Shown here: positions 36,167 through 48,987 of the stretch, in pieces
How the letters are laid out: each line of letters opens with the position of its first letter
Numbering within the stretch: the first letter of the stretch is position 1
DNA from: Marsupella aquatica
Taxonomy: Eukaryota > Plantae > Marchantiophyta
DNA: 64,000 nucleotides
Reading direction: 5' to 3'
Assembly (NCBI GenBank): GCA_973895155.1
Contig: OZ316894.1
Coordinates: 20,218,451 to 20,282,450 of the forward strand
The notes under the pieces: model-generated
The model's input: the letters and a program-made list of their open reading frames with translations, nothing else
Told to the model about the DNA's origin: nothing
Databases searched by the model: none
Made by a program: the position numbers and the translations under genes

Positions 36167-38719
36167 TGTCACCTGCTTATCAAATGATTTACACAACAAA
36201 TACGTGTTTCCTCCTACTAAAATCGTTTGTTATCGTATGACGGGAACGTGGAGGGACACTATTAGGATTCTATTGCATGTAGGATGAGTATGTTTGATTC
36301 CGCTCCCGGAAGTGTAATTTTTGATCAAGTCTACCGACTAGCCCCTCTATTTTTGATCAAGTCCCATGGACTACGCCACACACACACTCCTACTGGTCGT
36401 TGGTGGAGTGCTGTCACCACCCCCTCTACTCACACGGTCGACCAATCCGTGCAAGTATTCCTTAGACACTTCTTGGGAAAGAACCAAAACTTGAGGAATC
36501 AAACCAAAACCATATCTTTTGGCAAAAAGTGGTAACACATTGCAAGGACAACCCGGCCTCTTGCCGTCTGCCCAACTCTTGCCTCACTAGGGCAAGCGCT
36601 ACACCTCTACCTCACTACTCTGGCTCTAATTTCCCTTCTGGCTATGAGCTAACTTCCCTAACACCAACACTAGACTGAGTTCCCCCCCCTCACTACTACG
36701 GGGCTCTCCCCCTAAATACTCAAAACAACACACCAAAGCACCCCTCACGGGATCACCATGGTGGCGGCCACCCTAGCGGCGCCGCTAAAATCCTGCATAA
36801 ACTTTCACACAAGAAAATCCCTAATCCTAAAGCATGCGGCACACACATGCTCCTAAAACCCTAATCTAACAATGGGACCGACGGTGCCTTCGATAGTACC
36901 CCAACATTGCTTTGTGAACCGCAAAAAATGCAAGGGACCCCACAATTGCCGAAACTAGGTGCCACTCTGATTGCACCTCTGAGCTCACCCCTGGGTAGCC
37001 CTACTCCCCCTGACCATGAATCACAAAACCGCTCTCGAAACGGACGCCAAACGACCAAGTTATGGCCGGTTCAGTATCACTTACTTACCAACTTCGTCGG
37101 GCCCTAACTTACTCATCCTGGCTCCGTTTGAAGAGCGCCGCCTCTTGTTGGAATCAGCTCCGCGAGCTCTTTCCAACAAGCCCGTGAGTGTACTCTTCCA
37201 AAAAGTTTCAAAATCCAGAGGTCGTAAGATAGGCCCGTACGGCTACCCTAGTCCTCCTCCTCATCACTCAGGTGCCCTGACTTGAGCCCCGTGAGTTGGT
37301 CTCCTCATCAGTCCTCCTCCTCACTCACGGTGCCTTGGCTTGAGCCCCGATCCTCCTGTTCGCCACCACCGGTTCGTTGTAAAAGGAGGGGGCCCCTATA
37401 ATTGTCGAAACTAAAATTTTCTCAGAATTCATTTTCTGAAAACATATCTGAGGAGCCCTCCTCTTCTTGATCACGGCTCCATAAATGGTGCACCAAACGG
37501 AGGTCAAACGGCCAAGATATGATCGTTTAAGTTTTTACGGGGCACCGTCTCCCTTCGTTTCGTCCGTACAATACGTTTCCCCCGGCTTTGCAAAACACGG
37601 ATCACGGTTTCCCCGTATGTGCTACTACCTCCTCCTTCCCTTGCAAAGCCGGGACCTCCTTCCATACGGACGTCCGTACGGCCTCAAAACCCTCGTATTC
37701 TCAAAAAATGCGATTTGTCGTATCTCCCCTGTCTTAGCTCCGTTTTGGCCGTGTGACACATCGTTGGATTCAGCTCGGCGAGCTCTTTCCAACAAGCCCA
37801 TAGACTGATTTTGAGATGGTAAAAAATCTGATGTTTGTACAACCAGGGTCCGTACACACGTTCAAAGCAAGCACAAGAGGGAAAGGGTTTAGGTATGGGT
37901 ATGGGTGGAAACCCCACAAGTGAGAATAGAGAAAGAAGGGAATGAAGAAAATATGAGGGCCCCTTCTACGGATGTGTTCTTCTACAGAGTGCCCCTCTAC
38001 GGAGTGGGGAAAAGAAAGAGAACAAAAACCATGTGAGGACCACACAAAGGGTGAAGGGGAACAGAAGTGTAAGAACCCCTTCCTTCTAAGGGCCCTCCCA
38101 CCATGACTACTCCAAGATTGCCTAGTTTGTCGTTTTACGGGCATTGAGGTCCCTCGAGATGTCACTGTTTGATATAGACCTAAAATCAACTAGAGAACCT
38201 CAGTTTCACATGGGGCTCATTGAGGGCTTCAAAATGAATCCAAACATGATCATGTTTGGAACAGTACTAGCACAACAATGTCTATTTTAAATTTTAATGT
38301 TTTCTATATTTTGGTCATTCTTCCCGTTTTTCGTCTTATGTGGAGCCTCCTACCAGCCCCCACCCCTCCAAGATGCCCACACCTTGGCTCCAAGTCCTTG
38401 GGTTGCCTTGTGGCCTCCTTGTACCCCCTCAATGGTTCCCTGTCATACATCACCGTCCGACACCCCTCTCAACTCCGGTCTTCGGTTGTCGTATCCATTT
38501 ATTGATATTAACAAAAATAAAAAATTTGAAAATCCAAATACTTTTATTATATTTATTTGTCTTTCTATTTATATATGCAATTATAAATCATCACTAAGTT
38601 ATTACTCGATTTGGGACCTTGCACAATTTATAATTAAATTAAATTAAATTAAATATTAATATAATATATAAATATAATATATAAATGTATTTGTGAATTT
38701 TTGGAAATGAAACATTACA
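36167..38719 (-). mobile_element. 5' LTR (~2.55 kb) of the Ty3/gypsy element; partner LTR not found in window
   Basis: The minus strand runs TGTAATG...GTGACA adjacent to the PBS. Internal duplicated motif CAGCTC.GCGAGCTCTTTCCAACAAGCCC at ~37155 and ~37770. The outer boundary is inferred from the TG..CA ends only. Confidence 0.65.
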
Positions 38720-40838
38720 CTATTGTTTAAATTAGTGTTCTAACTTTAAAAAGGTTTCCCAAGTCAATGAATTTTAACTCTTGTCAAACCGTTAAACGTT
38801 CATTGGCCATAGGTTCGGGGAGAACAACGAGTGGAATGGTGGACTTTTTAGAATCCACTCGGTTTTTGTATGGGGGCCACTGGAGCTTTTAAGATCGTGA
38901 AAGCCGAGGATGTATTCAACTCTTCCCTTAGGCTGGAACCTCACTAATAAATAACGCGCAAAAAGCCAGATGCGGTAGGTTCATCTGTGCGACGAGCAGC
39001 TTCCAGCTCACCCTCACCTCCCTTTGACTCTAATCGACACTACGAAATAATTCTCTTTTACTGTACATCACCTTGCCTCGTGCTCTAGATCTGAATCCCA
39101 GCCCTCCATGAAAGCTTATCGTTTCTGGAGCACAACCCCGAGTGGTTGTGGTTCATGTTCTCTTCCATCACTTTACGGTCATTTCAGGCATGGCAATGCA
39201 TTTTTTCCTTCACCAATCTGTTATAGAATCGAATCCCCCGGAGTGACCTCAGCTGTACGAACGTGGGCATGTCTTGGAAACTCTTTCCTTCGCCTATAAG
39301 TCTACACTCTCGTTCTCTTCTCCCACTGTCAGGCTGACGTGGAGCTAAGGGAAAACGTAGAGGTCCCGCAATTTAGGGCCTAGCAGGCGGCGTTCTACTA
39401 CTGTAAGGAGCCAGTGCTCTCCCAGCATGCAATTGCCACGCTGTCGCTGGACCAGGATTTCAGGAATGCTGAGCAACACTGTTATTGAGGCCCACCTTGG
39501 ATACGCGCTAAAGTTTACTGTAGCTTGTGGTTGAGAATTCCTCTTTGGTTTGATTCTCAGTCGATCTGCTACTCTCAGCTCTCGCTCGAGCTCTTGCGGT
39601 CGAGAATTGTGGAATGATTGTTGATGATTGTGGAACGGATTTCCTGATCAGGAGGACACAAATAGACTGGATGAGCGTTCAAGAGCATGACTAGCTTCCC
39701 CTTCGTTCAACAAAACAAATCTTAACACGATATTGCTCCTGTAGATCCAACGCCCACAAGCCCTATCCAAGACATGAGACCAAAGATTCGATGATGTTGT
39801 TGAGATGGGGACAATAAATTAAGTAAGCAAACTAATTGATGGGAGGATTACATTCTTGCGATGGAGAAACTGAGACCGCGGATGAGCCTCCCTATCAAAT
39901 CGGCACAGGGTGGTCATCGGCAGAGAGCTACTGTATTTGGGAGTCTCAAAGCTTCGCATGATTTACTTTTTCACGGGGTTATGTGAAAGCTTTCTTCAAT
40001 TGTTTTCTAATACTTAGTGTCATGGCACATGACCAATGTTTATGGTTGCTCTTCAAGTTTGAAGCTCTGAGAAAACCTATTATTGCATGTCAAAATAGCG
40101 TCATAACAGAGATATGGCGACATAAGGATGGCCAGGATTACCTAAATATAAGCCCCATAAAACTCTTACGTCTAAAAAGTTTCACCGGTAAGACTTTGCT
40201 TACAGCAATAGTTTGACATGCCCTATTGTCACCTTTAGTACAGAATATATGGAAGCACCATGCCGTTGATGATGGTCTTCTGGGTCTCGTTCCCTTAGGA
40301 AGTGGACCACTCCGTTAATTACCCTCCTTTGCTACGAACTGGGATTACCACATTGTCATATTTTTGCAAAGATCTACACACAAGCCAACAACAAATCTGC
40401 CAGTAGTAGTGGCACGGCAGTGCCAAGCATCAAGCATTTAGGGTAATTTGCACCATCTTGGAAGTTTGTTTGCAACTTCTTTCTTTCCTTGAAGTCTGAT
40501 TTTCTTTTCCTTGACATCAAAAGCTGCTTATCCAACAGATAATAGACAACCAACTCCGAAGCATGCACCTCTTTAGTTTCTTGAAGTCAATTGAGTAAAG
40601 CAGCTGTCTGTCTACAGATCCCATGCACAAACAAACTATCGCCGTGCCAAAGCTCAGAACGGGCATTTTTGGTTACCCTAGGAGATGCCTATAGTGGATG
40701 GATTACCTTGGGTTACAAAAAGGTGTACAGAGATATGTATTCAATTTCCTAGAAAAACTAAAAGTTTAAGGCCCCCCCACACTTTAGCCATTTCAAAGAG
40801 TAATTTTTTTTTCTTTCACTTTGCCCCAAAGCATTTGG

Positions 40839-43800
40839 TGTTAGATATTGCTCTAGTCTTGTGACTCATGAGCTAACCACAGTTAGTCTAACTCGGGTTA
40901 GGATTTAGCTAATGTTAGCGGTAGTGCTGTTGTGCATATAGCCAGGGCTGATGCTAGACCCTGGTGGAACTTAGGCTCATTGTTACAGAGCTAGTTGAGA
41001 GATAGGGAGAGCTTGTGCTGTGGATGCTTGGTATGGCCGATCGGCCTAGAGTGCAGTAAAACTCTTGTGTGTGTTCCCTTGGACGTAGCCTCATGTGGAG
41101 GTGAACCACGTATCTCTCTGTGTCGACTATTGTGCGTTGGATGGTTCATGGGCTTGCCCTTGCAAATGTCGTCTATGCTCAACAAGTGGTATCAGAGCAT
41201 GCCTGGGAGGTGACGAGGTTTTTTCCAGCGTTCGTTGTCGGTGGCACATTCAGAGTTTCATCGTCACAAGCTATGGAGCTTGTTCACAACTGAACCGGGT
41301 TTATCTTCGTGACGTCCGACCCGGTGAAAGAAACGCGAAGTGCTACGGCTCAACGGTTTGATCGTGGCGAGGCGGTCATTTTGAGTCCGGGATTGGCACT
41401 TGACGCGGAGTGAAGGCGTTGCGACAAAAAGTTTTACTCTGCTGGGAGTAGCAGACTGTACCATCGCAATTCATCAACTTTACCCATCGGCGGTGGTCAC
41501 TTTCCTCAAGCAAACGGCAAGGCAAGAGTGTCAATTTTTGCTTTGAGTGGAATTTTGAATTATTTTTAGGTTACTATAAGGTGATTTTTTCGTGTGCCCC
41601 GACCCTTTAGTCACCTCGCACAGTTCGCGGTTGCGAAGCAACCGCCCTGATTTTTCGCCCCACCTTTTCTTGCTGTGCGACGCCGGTCGTCGCTACTCCT
41701 CCTCGGCCCCGGTTTGTTTTTTTACACGTACGCGGCAGCGTACGCCCTTGTCCTCGCGAGTTACTACTACTCCTGGCCCCGTATGCGCGACCCCGGCCAT
41801 ATACATGGCGTATTTTTGGCTTTAAGCGACTTAAGGGCCCCCTTTTGGCCTATTTTTAACCTTTTTTGCTTCCTCTTGGTTTTCCTCTTATGCCGGGACC
41901 TGCCGCCCTCCATTTTAACCGCTCCGACAGGGGGAACGGCCCCCTGTGAGACCTATTGGACTGTGCAGGAATATTCCCCAAAAACAGAGAGCTGTTTTTT
42001 GGCCGTCCAACAAAGATTCCGTCCGCCGAACGATAACTTTTTTGGTTCTTTTTTGGTGAGGACATTGCCACTGGAGTTAGCAACGCGGCACACCAATCAC
42101 ATCACGATTCCGACGATGGGTTGTACTTGGTATTTCGGTTATTCTCCGAGGTGGTCAAAACGGGGGAGTTTCCCAAGGTTTTACCCATCCGGACCGAAAT
42201 TTAAATAACTTTTCCGTCAAATTTTGATTTTGATTTCGGCTTTCAATATTGGACTCCTAGCTTCGTGGGCTATGCGGTGGTGTTGAGTTTTGAGTTTTAT
42301 GAGAAGTTTTGAAAAAAAGACGTTTTTTTGTGATTGTTTCATATGAGTGACTCGAAGGATACTGGAAGAATTGGCGTCGGTGGAGCTTCAGGATCGCGAC
42401 GATCAAACGGAGAGTCTGAGGAGGAGCTGCTACCATTTGAGGAGGAACAAGTAACACCGGTACGATCACCGGTGCGGCGTGCAGTGGAGGAAGCTGTACT
42501 ACTACCAGAGCTGTTGGTAGTTGGGAAGAAGAGGGAGATGGCTAGATTCGGAGGAGTAAAGTTTGAGGTTGAGAAGTACGATGGTGGTACTGATTACTTG
42601 TTGTGGGAGAAGCAAGTGAAGGGTGTTCTTCGGGCCATGGGCTTAGCTCATCTGCTCTCTTCGCGAGAGCAGTATGATGGAGAGGAGGAGATCTCAGAAA
42701 AGCAATGGAGACAGGAGCAGGTGATTGCTGTTAATACAGTGATGCTTTATCTGAAGCCGCACATCATCAAGCAGCTGGATGATTATGCGGATTGCGTATC
42801 ACTGTTCAAGGCTCTAAGAGAGAAGTACTACCGGGAAGATGCGTCAGATCGGCTGTACAAGAAGTCTCTCTTGATGAGCCTCAGGCTCAAGGAAGGGAGC
42901 AAGATGCAAGATCACCTGGATGAGTTTGACAGTCTAGCGGTGGATCTGTCAAACCTGGGAAAAGGAGTTGAAGATGAGGATAAGGCCTTGCTTCTGCTAA
43001 GCTCCTTACCGCCGTCATATCAGGGCTTGAAACAGGTGCTCTTGTATAGAGATCTAAAGTCCATTTCGTATAATGAGGTGGTGAGCTCTTTACTATCTGA
43101 TGATGCTTAGAAGAAGTTGGGTCAATCACAGACAGCATCTTCTTCTGGCACTGCGCTCAATGTGAACAAGGAAAGAGTAGCGCAGCGCACGAATGGGCAG
43201 AACAGGTTTAGATCTACATCACGGGGGAGATCTAAATCCAGAGAGAAATCGCAAGAGAGGAAGCTTCTTGCATGTTGGAATTATGGCAAGCCTGGCCACA
43301 TGAAAAGGGATTGTCGAGTAAAGGTCCCTACTGCATCTGCTAACGCGGCATCGAGCTCGCATGAGGTAGATTTACTCGATGATGATGACATATTGTGATG
43401 TCAAGGTTATGCTCTCAACGTAGTGTCAAATCTAGGGAGTGATGACTGGATTCTAGATAGTGCATGTACTTTTCACATTTGCTCTAGGAGAGATTTTTTC
43501 AGTTCTTACACGGATTCCAACGGGTCAGTGTTGATGGGAAATGGAATCCCATGTCAAGTTGTTGGACTTGGATCTGTAAGATTTCAGATGTTTGACGGTG
43601 CTATGAGAACGGTGAGGAATGTGAGACATATTCCCAGCATGATGAAAAATCTCATTTCACTTGGAGTTTTAGAAGCAAATGGCCATCAGTGGAGTTCTGC
43701 TAATGGTGTCCTTCAGGTTTCAACTAGTACTAAAGTTGTATTGAAGGGAAAGAGACATTGCAATCTATACATTTTGGAGGGCAGTGTAGTCTATGATGAA

Positions 43801-46800
43801 GCCAATGTAATTAACCTTATCTCATGAGGAGATGGCCCGGCTGTGGCACTTTCGTTTGGGTCACATGAGTGAAAAAGGTTTGGTTATTCTTCAGAAGAAA
43901 GGATTACTTTCTAATTTGCAATCTTGTAAGTTGGAATTTTGTGAGCACTGTGTGCTTGGGAAGCAGCACAGGAAACCCTTCGGAGTTGGAACTCACACCA
44001 GCAAGGAGGTACTTGAGTATGTACATAGTGATGTGTGGGGTCCAGCCCCTACTCCCTCACATTCTGGACGGTTATACTATGTCACGTTCATAGACGATTA
44101 CTCAAGGTATGTGTGGATATACTTTCTACACAATAAGTCTGATGTTTTTGCCACTTTTAAGGAGTGGAAAGCCCAAGTTGAGAATCAGACTGGTAATAAG
44201 GTGAGATATCTTCGATCGGATAATGGCGGTGAATACGGTTCCCGAGAATTTGGAACGTATTGTAAGGAGCAGGGGATTACCCGCCATCTCACAACAAGTT
44301 ATACTCCTCAGCAGAATGGTGTTTCTGAGAGACTCAACCGAACACTATTGGACCGCTCAAGGAGTATGTTGAGTCATTCATGCTTACCACATGAGTTTTG
44401 GGCTGAAGCTGTCAACACTGCAGCTTATTTGGTAAATTTTTCTCCATCAAGTTCTATTGGATTCAAGACGCCATTTGAAATGAAATACGGGCGTCCAGCA
44501 GATTACTCACATCTGAGGATTTTTGCATGTGATGCTTATGTGCTTACACCTTCCCAGCTTCGATCCAAGCTGGAGTCCAAGTCGAAGAAGTGCATTTTCC
44601 TTGGCTATCAGAAAGGTGTGAAGGGTTATAGGTTATGGGATCCAGTAACCTGTAAGTTAATTGTCAGTAGAGATGTGTCCTTTAATGAATCCAGATCATC
44701 AAAGGAGGGGGAGAGTTCTCAGGACTCCCATACTGACAAGGGGAAATCTCCCATCCCGGACCGGGTTGAGGGGGAGATTAGTCATGATGCAGTTCATAAC
44801 AGGAGAGATGGAGAAGCTCCGGGCTTGGAGCTGGTTCCTGTGATGGAACAAGAGGAGCAGATTGTTGTTGGGGTACCTCAAATTCAGCCAGCAGCAGCAA
44901 CAGATCAGCCTGAGTCATCTACTAGAAGAACTTCCAGTCGTTCTACTAGAGCTCCTACCAGGTATGGTCAATGGGCAGACTCATCTAAGCTAGATGATAT
45001 TGACATTGCACCTGATGATGATGACATGGCTTTGATCTTGGAAGAAGGAGAGTCTTCTTCGTACAGTGAGGCTTGTGCTTCAGAGCATAAGCATGAGTGG
45101 AATGCAGCAATGCAAAGGGAGTTGCAATCTTTGAGTGACAACAAGACATGGGAGCTGGTGGAGCTTCCAAGAGGTCAGCAAGTGGTGGACAGCAAGTGGA
45201 TTTACAAGTTGAAGGACAGTCCTTCAGAGGGTGGAGATAAGATCTACAAGGCAAGGCTTGTTGCCAAGGGGTTCACTCAGGAGAAAGGAGTGGACTACAA
45301 TGAGGTCTTTTCACCGGTGGCTAAGTATTCCACAATTCGGATCTTGTGTCAGCTTGTTGTGTTTTTTGGTCTGGTGATGGATCAGATGGATGTTGTTACT
45401 GCTTTTCTCTATGGCAATTTGGAAGAGTTGATCTTCATGAGACAGCCACTAGGCTTTATAAAGAAAGGCCAAGAGAACTTAGTTTGCAGATTGCTCAAGT
45501 CCTTGTATGGATTGAAGCAGTCTCCCAGACAGTGGAACAAGCGGTTTGATGATTTCATGCTTGCTCAAGGTTTTACAAGGATGGTGTATGATCCTTGTGT
45601 GTATACGAAATCAGTCAAGAATGATGTGTTTGGTTTCATCATTCTAGTGATCTATGTGGATGACATGCTGATTGTGGCTAAAGATCAATCTGAGGTTGAC
45701 AGTCTCAAGGCAAAATTGAGTGCTGAATTCAGGATGAAGGATCTTGGTAAGGCCAAGAGGATCTTAGGGATGGAGATTTTTAGGAACTCTGATACTGGAC
45801 AGTTGTGCTTGAGTCAAGGCCAGTATGCGAGGAAAGTACTTGCACAATTCAACATGGAAAACTGTAAACCAGTGTGTATTCCTTTAGCTTCACATTTCAA
45901 GTTATCATCGGCTTTCTCTCCTACGGATGCTATGGAGAAAAGGTTTGATGGCTAAGATTCCTTATGAGAAGGCAATAGGCAGTCTGATGTATTTGATGAC
46001 TTGTACTAGGCCTGACTTGGCCCTAGCAATGGGCAAGGTTAGCAGATTCATGTCAAATCCAGGGAAGGTACACTGGGAAGCTGTGAAGTCGATTCTCAGG
46101 TATGTGAGGGAAACACAGGACTATAGATTACTATTTGATAACAGATCAGATAGAATGTTAGTTGGCTATGTAGATTCTGACTATGGAGGCTGTTTGGATA
46201 CAAAGAGGTCTACAACTGGGTTTGTATACACTCTTGGAGGAGGATGTATCAGTTGGAAATCTACCTTGCAGAAGTGCATTTCTCAGTCTACTACAAAAGC
46301 AGAGTATGTTGCAGCAGCAGAAGCAGCAAAGGAAGCAATTTGGTTGGATAAGTTGATTGCGGAGATGGGTTTAGAGCATGGAAAAATGACTCTAAACTGT
46401 GATAGTCAGAGTGCTCTTCACTTGGCTGCTAACCAGGTGATGGATAGCAGGGTGAAGCACATTGATATCAGGTACCATTTTATCAGGCAAGCAGTGTCTG
46501 ATAAAACTTTTGAGCTAGTCAAGATTGATGGAAAGCTCAATCCCGCTGATGTCTTTACCAAAGTGATTCCTTTGGAGAGTTTCTCAAGACACCGTGCTAC
46601 TTTGCAGGTTTTGCAGTTGTAGTGCAAGTAGAGTTATTTAGCAATGTGTGACTATTTGTATATGGATTACTCATTCCTGTTAGGCTACGGCTTAGTTCTA
46701 GTTAACCCTTAGTTAACCCTTGTGGATTTTAGGGGGAGACCTGGTTTGGTGATTGTCTAGAACTTCCCGCTGAGGATTCCATATGATAGCATTTAGTCCA

Positions 46801-46914
46801 GTCCCCAAGACAAGAGTCAAGGGGGAGTTTGTTAGATATTGCTCTAGTCTTGTGACTCATGAGCTAACCACAGTTAGTCTAACTCGGGTTAGGACTTAGC
46901 TAATGTTAGCGGTA
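40839..46914 (+). mobile_element. Ty1/copia LTR retrotransposon (Tnt1/Tork-like), 3' LTR interrupted after 85 bp
   Basis: 5' LTR 40839-41184 (TG...CA). PBS TGGTATCAGAGC at 41187-41198 (tRNA-iMet). PPT AAGGGGGAG at 46819-46827. The 3' LTR at 46830-46914 matches the 5' LTR with one mismatch. Confidence 0.95.
42345..46622 (+). pseudogene. Copia gag-pol polyprotein with stops and frameshifts
   Basis: Gag (KFEVEKYDG, LLLSSLPPSY, mutated knuckle CWNYGKPGHMKRDC), protease WILDSACTFH, integrase (WHFRLGH, VHSDVWGP, RSDNGGEY, KGYRLWD), RT (KARLVAKGFTQ, YVDDMLI), RNase H (YVDSDY, CDSQSA, NPADVFTK). Stops at 43108 and 43396, frameshifts near 43825 and 45940. Confidence 0.95.
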
Positions 46915-47903
46915 AACACGATTTCGGACCGAACGAGAACTATTTCCTCTAAACGAGAAGTGTATTTTCATTTTCTGCCGAATCTCACAAAATCGGCACT
47001 TTTTTTCATCAAAAACACGTTTTTGGGGAAATAATGTAATTCGTATTGGAGTTCGGATTGAAACAACAAATTTAATAATGATCAAAACCAATGAAATTCA
47101 TGCTAACAAACATTCATATTATCAAGGAACAATTAGATCCGAAAAACTTTCTCCTCAACCTCATATTCACGCTCTCTGAAGATATATGAAAGGTCTTATC
47201 TATAAATCCATATCCACATTTCGGGCCAAGTGCAATAACTGTATCGGACTCCAAATTTGAGCCACGAAAGCTCCGACCCAATCTCATTTTTCTCAATTTT
47301 TGGATATTTACCAAAAATATTTTACATCACAGTCGATAAGAATTACTGCACGGTTCGTCAAACTTACCTTGCAGTTACCTCCGCAATTGACCAGTTACCT
47401 CTGCAAGTGACCATAGTCAACATGCCATTCTTTCAACAGCAATGCGCAGTCCGATAAAATTATCGCGAAAACTACGGGCGACAAAAATACTAGTCGACAA
47501 TACTAAGATCCTTCGGTTCATCGGTTAAATTTCAAAATTCCTATCCATATGAAGAAAACTCTTCGCAATACCAACATCAGATAAATTTATCGCTTCAATT
47601 TCAAAATTGCAACTTCCATATGAAGGAACCACTTTTGCAATACCAACATCAGATAAATTTATCGCTTCAATTTCAAAATTGCAACTTCCATATGAAGGAA
47701 CCACTTTTGCAATACCAACATCAGATAAATTTATCGCTTCAATTTCAAAATTGCAACTTCCATATGAAGGAACCACTTTTGCAATACCAACATCAGATAA
47801 ATTTATCGCTTCAATTTCAAATTGCAACTTCCATATGAAGGAACCACTTTTGCAATACCAACATCAGATAAATACACTCTGAACCACACAACCCGAAGTC
47901 AGG
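46915..47903. mobile_element. Unclassified non-coding insertion interrupting the copia 3' LTR (one end only)
   Basis: LTR identity is lost abruptly at 46915. AT-rich, carries a 72-bp array, and is cut at 47904 by the CACTA terminus. Confidence 0.55.
47528..47872. repeat. 72-bp near-perfect tandem repeat, ~4.7 copies
   Basis: Unit starts at 47597, 47669 and 47741. Each unit contains the palindrome GATAAATTTATC. Confidence 0.95.
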
Positions 47904-48987
47904 CACTAGTAGAAAACAATGTATTTTATGACCGAAACAATGACTATTAATCAGGTCTTTTTAACAAAACAATGACGCAATTGTTCTCGTCTTTCCAGAC
48001 ACGTCACAACGGACATTTTGGTCACGGTCCTTTTGGACAAATGACGCTAAAAACATGTGGTCATTTCATACTATCCTAAATGACCATTTTTATGATATGG
48101 TCATAAATGTTGAACGGTCCAAAATGATGACACAAATCACCATCGACGGTCAATTGCCGTTGACCGTCGATGGTCCCCGTACCCAATCACACAACGACAC
48201 GTGGCAATAAAAAAACAAATAACATTGGTCATTTTGGACTTGTCCAAAATGACGTACATTATATAACAAATCAAATAGTGACACGTGGTTCAAAGAGGAT
48301 TCACCATTTGGCAATATATTTGGGTCATTTTGGACGTGTCCAAAATGACTATAGTATAAACAAGTCATATTGAGACACGTGGTTCAATTGGGAGAAGACA
48401 CGTAAAGATATACATTAGTCATTAATGACATGTCTTGAATGACATAAAGTGAGTCATAGTGGACTTGTTTATAATGACCATGAGAAAGGTCATTGTATAT
48501 GTCATTCTTTGAATCATTTAGTCTATGTCTTTAATGACCAGAGTTGAGTCATATTGGTCACAAAGATAGTTGTGAATAATGACCATTACATCAGTCATTC
48601 TAGCCAGTCATTTAGTCATTCAAGCCAGTCATTCAGACGAAGTATTCAATGATTTGGAGAAATTCAAATTTAAGTGATCATGATAGATAAAACTTGATGT
48701 CAATCAAAAATCATATATTACAAAGCCATTCAATAGAGTTGCTAAATGAAAACTTAAAGAAACATTCGATATATATCACAAATCCAATTGATATTCATAC
48801 AAGATACCTTCATAAGTCTCACGGTAAATATTGAACTCAATGCAAATTTATGAAACAAAATTACATTGACATCAATAATATTAGATTGTCAATTGTTACA
48901 ACCTGACATACCAATCACTCTGCATGTTTATAGAAAAACAGAGTTGTCATTCTATCATGTCTATTGTTTCTTGATAGAGTGCTATTT

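Noticed and set aside
38720-40838. Short ORFs between the gypsy LTR and the copia element
   Set aside because: All are under 80 aa with no domain motifs or consistent splice pattern.
47528-47872. CRISPR-like array or 24-aa repeat protein
   Set aside because: Units are contiguous and identical with no unique spacers, there are no cas genes, and the context is eukaryotic. The ORFs are by-products of a 72-bp period.
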